From assembly GCA_023205875.1 (NCBI GenBank), contig CP060759.1, positions 930,001 to 994,000 of the forward strand: a stretch of 64,000 bases of DNA, written 5' to 3'. Below are positions 30,001-38,100 of the stretch, piece after piece. Below the pieces are notes generated by a model that saw nothing but the letters and a program-made list of their open reading frames with translations, made no database searches and was not told where the DNA came from. Position 1 is the first letter of the stretch. Each line of letters begins with the position of its first letter. This stretch comes from Chloropicon primus (lineage: Eukaryota). Both the position numbers and the translations under genes were made by a program.

Positions 30001-31916
30001 TCTCTGAGATACAAATTGAGACAGTTGCACTGCTAACATCTGGACTCACAGCAACGCTTGCGCTTTCTCAAGTCGGCCAAATGAAAAATGGTGGTGAAAC
30101 CGTCCTAGTTACAGCAGCCGCTGGTGGCACCGGTCAATTTGCTGTTCAGCTTGCAAAACTGGCAGGTAACCGTGTTATAGCAACATGCAGCAACCCAAGA
30201 AAGAAAGATCTTCTTGAAGAACTCGGAGCAGAACGTGTCATCAACTACAAATTGGAAGATGTCCAAAAAGTTCTCAAAGAAGAATACCCACGTGGCATTT
30301 CCCTTGTATATGATGGAGTTGGAGGGAAATTGCTTCAAAACATTCTTCCAGCTGTGTCGCCACTGGGTAGAATTGTCACCATTGGCGCCGTGTCAACATA
30401 CCAAGCAGATGAAGAATCTGCGTTGAAACAGGAGCACATGCAAAGTTTGTACCAACGTGGAGTGTCCATCTTGGGCTTTTACTTGCCCGCATACAAGAGT
30501 CAGTTCCAAAAGTACCTCAATCAACTCTGTGACCTTCATCGCACTAAGAAACTTAGGGTACACGTGGATGTCAAGAAACGATATTGCGGGGCTGAAATGG
30601 CCCCTGATGCTGTCAAAGATCTCCACTCTGGAAAGACTCAGGGGAAGGTTGTTGTGCAAATACCACAACATGTGCCAAAAACATTCAAAGACCTTTCTGC
30701 TCAGCTCAAAACTAATTACAGCCTGAACACGAATGCAGTACCAAAAAGCAAAGACAGCAACAAAATGCAAGTTGACGTTGTCTCCCTGACTTCCCAAGTG
30801 CAAAAAACAATTGAGCAAGCAGTCATAGATACTATTGGAGAAACCATTGACACGGAAAGTCCTCTCATGGAAGCAGGAGTCGACTCGCTTGCTTCATCAG
30901 AGCTTATCAACAAGATCAATGATGACATGGGAACCTCTTTGGCGCCCACAATCTTGTTCGACTATCCAACAATTCAGGATCTCACACAGCACCTTGTGCA
31001 GACCCTACCTGACGCTACAGATCACGCCATTGAGGCTGTGGAGCGCATCCCAAACCATGATCCAATGCATGCTCCAGCAGGAGGAAAGCTTCACGCAACA
31101 ACAACTTCTTCTAGAGATAGACGTTGCTTGGTTCTTGTTGTACATGGTATCGGGAGCAGTGCTGAGTTTTTGGCTCGGGGCATTAGGACGTTTTTGCCAC
31201 CGTCGTTTGAGGTTGTCGGACTGGACCGTCCAGGTTTTGGCTCTTGGAGTTCGCTTGTTCCCTCGGAGTCGATGAAAGATGTTTTGGCTCATATGTGCGA
31301 CAACTTGCCTGTGATGAATAGGCCTGTTATCATCCTTGGATATAGTTACGGGTCTTTCATCGGCTACGAACTCGCGAAGGTTCTAAGCGCAAAGGGAGTA
31401 GTGGTGCGTGGCCTCATCGTTGCGGCACTTCCAAGTCGCCTGGCTCTCTCGAAGAGGACCCAGGCACGTCTCCACGAAATAAAAGCCCAAATTGAGGACG
31501 GATTTCTACCTATTGAAAACGTCAATGCCGAGATGGTAAAAAACCACCATCTGCGAGAGGCATTCGCGGCGGAGTTCGGTGGTTCAGACGAAGTTCTTCA
31601 TGGCGATGCTCAAGCTGTTACGGGAAGCCTAACGCTTACTCACTATGATGTTGCTGTGACAACTAAGTATCTTCTTGAGACGCCGAAGTCGACAACAGAC
31701 AAACTAAAAATACCTGCATTAGGGCTTTACAACCTTGAGGATGCATTCTGCTCAGAGGAAGAAATCAAAACTTGGTCGGAAATGATTGAGGTAGGGCAAA
31801 GCTTCAGGACAAATTGCACCGGAGAACGGGGCCATATGATGTTCGTAACAAAACCGGGACTTCTGAAGCTAGCAATGCAAATACAAGAATTTGCATTATT
31901 TCTTGACATACCCTGA
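1..31916 (+). CDS. Giant AT-less (trans-AT-type) modular type I polyketide synthase, 5'-partial; 7 modules + TE; 1-bp frameshift at ~25199-25202 splits it into ORFs 13..25359 and 25263..31916
   Basis: The frame is open from base 1 (AAC CAT GAT CCA ATG), so the gene starts upstream of the window. Each module has KS motifs DTACSSS, HGTGT and GHTE, DH motifs (H/Y)MVMGKSILP and DANLQ, KR motifs GGLGGLG, HAAGVLRD and YSAAN, and ACP motif GVDSL. No AT GHSxG motif was seen. Corrected for the frameshift, it gives about 10,630 codons in this window. Confidence 0.95.
13..3984 (+). repeat. PKS module 1 (3972 bp): KS-DH(inactive)-KR-ACP
   Basis: Starts MHAVTTT at 13. DH motif reads LLSYMVMG (His absent, 1486-1491). 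Long KS loop MYTEY. Confidence 0.9.
3985..7941 (+). repeat. PKS module 2 (3957 bp): KS(short loop)-DH(inactive)-KR-ACP
   Basis: KS loop CQQEFQHMHYYPEKKALLTGY is 15 bp shorter than in module 1. DH reads LLSY at 5443-5448. Confidence 0.9.
7942..11898 (+). repeat. PKS module 3 (3957 bp): KS(short loop)-DH-KR-ACP
   Basis: KS loop CQQDFQH. DH motif LLDHMVMGKSILP is intact (9400-9405). Confidence 0.9.
11899..16965 (+). repeat. PKS module 4 (5067 bp): KS-DH-KR-ER-ACP
   Basis: Intact DH. An extra MDR-type reductase block (~15363-16681) with TAAAGGTGQFAVQLAK lies between KR and ACP. Confidence 0.9.
16966..20937 (+). repeat. PKS module 5 (3972 bp): KS-DH-KR-ACP
   Basis: Intact DH, no ER block, KS loop MSTEY. 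Confidence 0.9.
20938..26003 (+). repeat. PKS module 6 (5066 bp): KS-DH-KR-ER-ACP with a 1-bp deletion in the ER
   Basis: One base shorter than module 4. Reads gtccAAAAgttctc at 25195-25208, versus gtccAAAAAgttctc in modules 4 and 7. Confidence 0.9.
26004..31064 (+). repeat. PKS module 7 (5061 bp): KS-DH-KR-ER-ACP
   Basis: Same as module 4 apart from substitutions and a 6-bp (Lys-Gly) deletion in the post-ACP linker (QTLPDATD). Confidence 0.9.
31074..31916 (+). other. C-terminal thioesterase (alpha/beta hydrolase) domain of the PKS
   Basis: VLVVHGIGSS, nucleophile elbow ILGYSYGSFIGYELA (GxSxG), C-terminal GERGHM. Non-repetitive sequence ending at TGA 31914-31916. Confidence 0.85.
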
Positions 31917-31945
31917 CTAAAACATTAAGAAATAGAAACAATCTT

Positions 31946-32245
31946 TTAACTCGCCTCTTCTATATCTGTATTCAGCCGTTTCCCGTCAAAGAACCAGGAG
32001 AACGCCGCCATGCCTGCGCAGCTCTGCAGAGCTGACATAGGACCGCCTGCACATGTTGCAAGGTTAGTGAGGGCGTCCATTACATATAGCCAAGAGATAC
32101 AAGCAGACAAGTAACGAAAGCGACTTACCTTCCCAACCAAGGGCAATGCCACTTGCGCAGCCTGCAATTGCCAAGTTGACAGCTACGAGTGGACATTAGA
32201 GGAGGGTCAGATCATACTCATGCTTGTACTCGATCGATGTCGTTC

Positions 32246-32314
<69 letters not shown>

Positions 32315-33006
32315 CATCGTCTTTTCCTCTTATCTTTCTTGAAGCGCAAGCCATGAAAGTGTACATTCCTCCCATCAGACCAAAAGTCTAGAGCAGTTGT
32401 TAGAATCGGCGTGAAACAGAACTCCTCCTTCTCCTTCTGTCCGAAGAGACACCACCACACAGTTACCTTTGAAGATGAGTTTGCTTTTTGGATGCTCGTT
32501 CGAAAGCGGCTTCCCTCCACCTTGAGGCGAATAATTCCGCTGCCTGTGAGCGTGTTGGGCAGTTGCAAGGTTTGGGTCAGAAACACGAAGAGGAATGCAG
32601 AGGAGCTCCGACGCCGCGAAAGGACACTTACCGAAGCCGATGACCCAACCAAGGATGCCGCTGCCCAACGAGGCTGCCACGCCATTCAGCTGCGCAAAGA
32701 AAGAGAGATGGACACACGACATCAGAGCCCGAACTTTGGGTGAAATCGAAGTCGTTCTGACCACCTTACCAGGCATAGCTCTTCCCCGACCGCTGTGCTC
32801 GCTCCGTTGCCCCGATCCCCTCCGGCCGTTGCCTTTCCCTGCTCGTCTCCCGCGGCCGCGAGGGCTCTCTCCGTCCTCCTCTGCTTTCTGCGGACAAGCT
32901 TCGCGAGATCAACCCTCGCGCAAACCCCGCCGACGCATGGACGGCGCCGCGCCCTTCGCGTCGTCGCCCCCGTCGTCTCCGTGCCCCTCTCGCCCTCGGT
33001 CCCCAT
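31946..33006 (-). CDS. Tim17/Tim22/Tim23-family preprotein translocase, HP20/HP22-like; 6 exons: 33006-32770, 32689-32632, 32543-32467, 32387-32315, 32182-32129, 32046-31946
   Basis: Spliced by hand; five GTAA..AG introns have compatible phases. The product reads ...LCLLNGVAASLGSGILGWVIGFGSGII...SSKTFGLMGGMYTFMACASRKIRGKDDAVNLAIAGCASGIALGWEGGPMSALQSCAGMAAFSWFFDG..., matching the Tim17/22 RGKDD-x-N-xx-IAGC-x-G signature. The start codon is less certain. Confidence 0.85.
32246..32309. repeat. Compound (CA)n(GA)n microsatellite inside intron 4 of the HP20-like gene
   Basis: Directly visible perfect dinucleotide runs. Confidence 0.95.
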
Positions 33007-33081
33007 CGTTCTCAAGCACTTTCGCTCTCTCCCTCCTCAATTTGAAATTTCGTTGCTCTACCAAAAAAAGTCTGCAAAGGG

Positions 33082-33089
33082 CTCTCTCT

Positions 33090-33127
<38 letters not shown>
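33082..33127. repeat. (CT)n(GT)n microsatellite, intergenic
   Basis: Directly visible. Confidence 0.95.
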
Positions 33128-33130
<3 letters not shown>

Positions 33131-33172
33131 AGCATCATCATCATCGTCATCAATCGTTTAGTCTTTAAAGAG

Positions 33173-34576
33173 TCAGAAGGAGAACCAGCCCTTCTCGCTA
33201 CTCTTCTTGCCCTTGTCGGTGAAGGTGTCCACGATGGCCTCGAGCTTCCTTCCGAGCAAGTCGAGGTCTTCCGCGGAGGGACTCTCGTCCAGCAAAATGA
33301 TGTCTTCCCTCGGAATCATGCCCTTGAGGGCCGCCGCTGTCAGCCCTGCCCCGACGGCCACCGCCTCGTCGGGGTTGACAAGGCCCTTCTTCGGCTCCTT
33401 GCCCACCCGCTCGACGATCAGCTTGGCGATGCACTTCATCTGAGTCGCACCCCCAACCAGCACCACTTCCAGGTCGTCTTCGTTCACCACGTCCCCCTCC
33501 GCGGTCTCCACCCCGTACAAAACTTCCCTCAGCGTGCGATCCATTTCATCGATCAGGCGCAGGGTGAGGTCTTCGAACACCTCCAGCGTGATGGTCTTTC
33601 GAATGCGAACGGTGCCGTCTAGCGAGACGTCGACCTCCGCCCGGTCGTCCGTGGACAGAGCAATTTTCGCGGCCTCGGCGGCCTCCTTGAGCTCGTGCAT
33701 CGCCAGCGGACTCCGAGAGATCTCCCGCAGAGTCTCTTCGTCCGTGCCCTCCAGCATCCAATCGAGGACGCACGCGTCGAAATCGTCCCCGCCCAAAAAG
33801 TTGTTGCCGGAAGACTTCAGCACCTCGAACACGTCGTCGCCGATCTGAAGGACGGAGACGTCAAAGGTCCCCCCCCCGAGATCGAACACGAGGAGAAACT
33901 CCTCGTTCTCTTTCCCGATTCCGTAGGCGACCGCAGCAGCTGCTGGCTCGTTGATCATCCTCAGAACGTGGAGCCCCGCCCCGGCTGCCGCCTCCCGGGT
34001 CGCTTCCCGCTCCTGCTCTCCGAAATACGCGGGGACGGAAACCACCGCGTCCCTCACCTCCTCTCCCAGGTACTCTTCCGCGCTCGATTTCAGGGACCTT
34101 AAGATCTCCGAGGAGACCTGCTCCGGCTTGAGGACGCAGCCCCTGCTCGGGCAATTGACCGCAGCAAAGTCAGAAGAGTCCGAGTCGCCCATGATGTAGT
34201 ACGGCAGCAGGGCGTACATCCGGCTGTCCAGCTCGCAGACCCTTCGCCCCATCAGCCTCTTGACGCTGGAAAATGTGCTGGCGCTCGTGATGAGGTCGAG
34301 ATCCCTCGCCGACTCCCCGACTGCCACCCCGCCGTCCTCCTTGTACGACACAACCGACCTGGTCACTTTCGTTTTGTCTGGGCCCGGCACAACAAACGTT
34401 TCCCCATCCTTCGTCACTGCCACCGCAGAGTTCGTCGTCCCCAGGTCGATTCCAATCGCCCTTCTCACCGACCAGTCCCCTCGGCGCCGCGACGCTCCGC
34501 CCCCACCAGCCCGCCAGCCCCCCCTCCCCCCTCCACAAGCCTGCAACCTCCTCCTGCAACCCCTCACGACGGTCAT
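33173..34576 (-). CDS. Hsp70/DnaK-family protein with the nucleotide-binding domain only, plus a probable organellar transit peptide
   Basis: Motifs GIDLGTTNS, VPAYF, INEPAAAA, VFDLGGGTFDVS, LGGDDFD and NPDEAVAVGA. Ends ~35 aa after the DIILLD linker. Arg/Gly-rich N-terminus. Confidence 0.88.
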   Translation of the reverse strand: MTVVRGCRRRLQACGGGRGGWRAGGGGASRRRGDWSVRRAIGIDLGTTNSAVAVTKDGETFVVPGPDKTKVTRSVVSYKEDGGVAVGESARDLDLITSASTFSSVKRLMGRRVCELDSRMYALLPYYIMGDSDSSDFAAVNCPSRGCVLKPEQVSSEILRSLKSSAEEYLGEEVRDAVVSVPAYFGEQEREATREAAAGAGLHVLRMINEPAAAAVAYGIGKENEEFLLVFDLGGGTFDVSVLQIGDDVFEVLKSSGNNFLGGDDFDACVLDWMLEGTDEETLREISRSPLAMHELKEAAEAAKIALSTDDRAEVDVSLDGTVRIRKTITLEVFEDLTLRLIDEMDRTLREVLYGVETAEGDVVNEDDLEVVLVGGATQMKCIAKLIVERVGKEPKKGLVNPDEAVAVGAGLTAAALKGMIPREDIILLDESPSAEDLDLLGRKLEAIVDTFTDKGKKSSEKGWFSF

Positions 34577-34625
34577 GTCAGAGTCCAGGTCCGTCAGTCA
34601 GCAGGGATGAAGGTTGAAGGGGACA

Positions 34626-34685
34626 CAACAACAACAACAACAACAACAAGGACGACGACAACAACGACGACGACGACGACGACGA
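34626..34685. repeat. (ACA)n/(ACG)n trinucleotide tract in the divergent Hsp70-REV3 intergenic region
   Basis: Directly visible. Confidence 0.9.
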
Positions 34686-35165
34686 GTGCAGCAGGCAGGT
34701 CACCACCTCCCGGCTTGGTCCAGTCTGACGACCCCTCGACCCTTTTTTCTGATCCAAAAAAAAATCAAACACGAAAACGCAGCAGCAGCAGAGAGAGAGA
34801 GAAGTTGTGGTTGTGGGTGTCGTCGCCTTTTCACCGAGGACTTCCGTTCCGCCCCCCCCTCCCCAGGGTGACGGCGCGAGGGGAAGAATGGCACCTCTCT
34901 GAGTTCTCGCGCTCTCCGGAGGAACGGAAGGCGACGGACGACGACAGACGACGACGACGGAACTCCACTCCAACTCCTCGATGAATGACGATGACGATGA
35001 TGACGATATCTTTTCGTGGGTTGTCGTTGCTGCTGGTGGTGGTCGGTTGCGGGTGGCCCACGCGGGACAAATCAATCTTGCCTCTAGGTCGTCGATAGCC
35101 TCGTCGAGCGCAAATATTACTGGCGACCGGACTGGATCTACCTTCTTCCTTGCAACGCACGCAGA

Positions 35166-38100
35166 ATGGACGAGAGACCGTGCTCGACAACGCCCACGCC
35201 GAAGCACGACTTCAGGGTGTCGATCAAGCAAATCGATTACTACACGACCAAGCCGGCCCCGGACCTTGACATCTGCTACTCGCCGTTCACGGGGCAAGAG
35301 GTCCGAGTCGCACCCGTGGTGAGAGTGTTTGGCTCCACTCCTGCCGGGCAGACGGTGTGCTTGCACTTGCACAAGATCCTCCCCTACCTGTACGTGAGTT
35401 ACAAGGCCAGCCCCACCACGAGCGCCTCGGAGCACGGCATTTACCTCCGGAAGCTGGCCCACTCCATCGACGCCGCGCTGCACTTGAGCCAGCACGCACA
35501 CAAGAAGGCGGACAGCGGCGCTTCGTCCCTCAAGGCTCGATTTGTCCACACGTGCACCCTAGTGAGGGCCTTGCCGTTCTACGGGTACCACCAGAACGAA
35601 GAGTTTTTCGCCAAGATATACGTGTACGATCCAAAGGACTTGGGCAAGGTCGCCAACGCCCTTCTCAGCGGCGCGGTCATGGGGCAAGCATTCCAGCCCT
35701 TTGAGGCCCACGTGCCCTACTTGCTCAAGTTCAAGACAGATTACAACTTGCACGGCATGGAATACATCAACCTTTCCGAGGTCCTCCTTCGCGAGCCTTT
35801 GCCTGAGGACGAGGGTGAGGGAGGTCGGCAGAGGTTTCCCTGTTCCGAGAGCCTTGTTGAGCCTTACCCCGTTTGGACTCGGGACAACGTCCCACGGCAA
35901 TGGCTTTGTCAGAAGGGGGGCAGCCTTGGAGCCAAGGAGGCGCACTGCGACATCGAAGCCGACGCTTTTGGAGACTACGTGCGAAACCCTCGCTCCGTGC
36001 CCGCGATAAGCTTGCAGGAAGCGGATTCGGACATCCAGATGGTCCCATCCTTGGCGCCGATCTGGGCGGAGGAGAGGCAAAGGAGCAGGAAAATGGGGGT
36101 GCCGTTCCCGCCCAAAGCAGCGGCGTCCCCAGCGAGGAACGAGGACTTTCTCCACCGCAAGTTCAGGCAGAAGTTCAGAGGCGCGGTGGAAGAGAATCTG
36201 AGCCAAAGGAAAGACTCGGCCCCGGGCGCTCAAGGCTCTCAGGATCCTGACGCGGAGCTTTCCCTCAAGCTGACCCAGGCCGCGAATGAGGTCAAGAGCC
36301 CGGACAGGGTGAGGTGGGAGGGCCTGTCCCCCACCTCGCAGAGTCATTTGACGACCCAAGACGCGGATGACGTGCTGCTGGAGACCTTGCATTGGATGCA
36401 AGAGAGCAACGATGCCAGGGCCATCGGCGGCGATGAGATTTGGAACGGGAACATCGGCGTCCACGAGCGACCTGAAGGAGACCTGGAGGAGTACATGAAC
36501 TCGTCTCAAAAGGAGTGTGATGACATTGTGCACAGCACACTTCAATCTGCGGAGGCCGCTGGTGCATCTTCACCCGGGGGCTGGCATGGCTTGGACGAGA
36601 ACTTTGCGTCGACGACTGGCACGAGGAGCGGGGCGGAGGCTCGGTCCGAGTCTGACGATTTCGAGCCCCTGCACCTGGAGCTGACGGTGGAGGGCAGCAG
36701 CAGGAGTGACTCGGACGAGAGGGTGGAGGACCGCCTCGAAGATGCCCTGGAGATGCAGGGGCGCGCGGCCTCGGAGGAAGAGCCATCGTCGTCACTGATG
36801 GCGTTTCGGCCTATCACTTCTGCTCCGTCCTACGCGGATGTCAAGTCGTCCATGCGTCGTCTGGAGCTTCCAGATGTCGTTTACACGGAACCCTTCTTCT
36901 CCGATTCGAGGGATGTGCCGAAAAGGCCGACTTGTTCTGCTGGCCTCGAATTTAAGCTGAAGTCGGCCTCCTCCCTGGATTTGCAGGGATTCTCGTGCAA
37001 CACCAGGAGCGGAAGCGAGTACCTGGAGATGCTCGCGCCGCGGGTCGGGGGCGAACGAGGTGGCGACAGGTTGTTTTTGCTTGCTTCCAAGAAGCTTCCT
37101 CCGAGCTGCGAGGAAGTGAATTCTTGGCTTGCGAAGCGGAAAGGTCGCGGCGGATCCAAAAACGTCCACTTGCCCGAAATGGATTTCAGAATGGATCCAA
37201 ACACGGGCCAGTTCATCGATAAGAACGACCAAGGGGAGTTGCATTCCTTGGAGAACACTCAAAGGCAGAGCGCAAGCTTTGTTGCGACGCCGTCAGACCA
37301 CTTGGAGGCCAGGCCTGCTTCGCCAAAGTACGATGAGCAGGTCCCCTTTCACTTGACCGGCAGCCATTTTTACGACGACGACGACGACGACGTAACCGCA
37401 GAAAACGTTGAAAGCAACACCCCTGGCAAGCAACGCGCAGAGTCGCTTGAGATGCAAGATTTGTCTTCGGGAATGGGGGATCAGAGCGGGGCGTATGGGC
37501 CCGTGGGGAGAAGCGCGAGGAGGGAGTCAGCCAGAAGCGACGCGACCGCGCCAGGAAACGGGGTCTCTCAGATCACGCCTCCTTCCCCATTCAAGGAGGA
37601 GGGCAAGGGAAATACGCCATCCAGTCAGGCGGGCTACACTTTCAAGCACCTGGATGAAACGGAGACGCTGCACGCGTGTCCCAAGGTCCTGTCCATTGAA
37701 ATCTTTGCGGAAAACCGAGGCACCAAGCTGCCCGACCCCAAGTACGACGCTGTGAAAGCCATCGCGTTGGTCTACGAAAAACAGAAGAGCTGCAGCGGTT
37801 CCGGGGCCGGCAACGTGCTCAACCTGCTTGTCAGCGCGGAAGCGTCCCTGAAGACCTTCTTGTGCTCCATGAAGAGGAAGCATGCCCTCTCCGAGGATAC
37901 GGAATATTTCGTGGTCGAAAGTGAGGTTGACCTCATCAAGATGGCCGCGGGCAAGATTGTTCGGGCTGATCCTGACATAGTCATGGGCTACGAGATCCAG
38001 TCAGAGAGTGTGGGGTATTTGTGCGACAGGCTGTCCCTGCTGCAGCCCGGGGAATCATTCCTGCGTTTGATCTCCAGGTCCCCAAGCATCCCGAGTAACA

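Noticed and set aside
340..31292. Many short ORFs on both strands recurring within the PKS
   Set aside because: They are shadow frames that repeat only because the PKS modules repeat; none has recognisable motifs.
25263..31916. Second ORF as an independent PKS gene
   Set aside because: It begins at a TTG in the middle of the ER domain and is the continuation after the 1-bp deletion.
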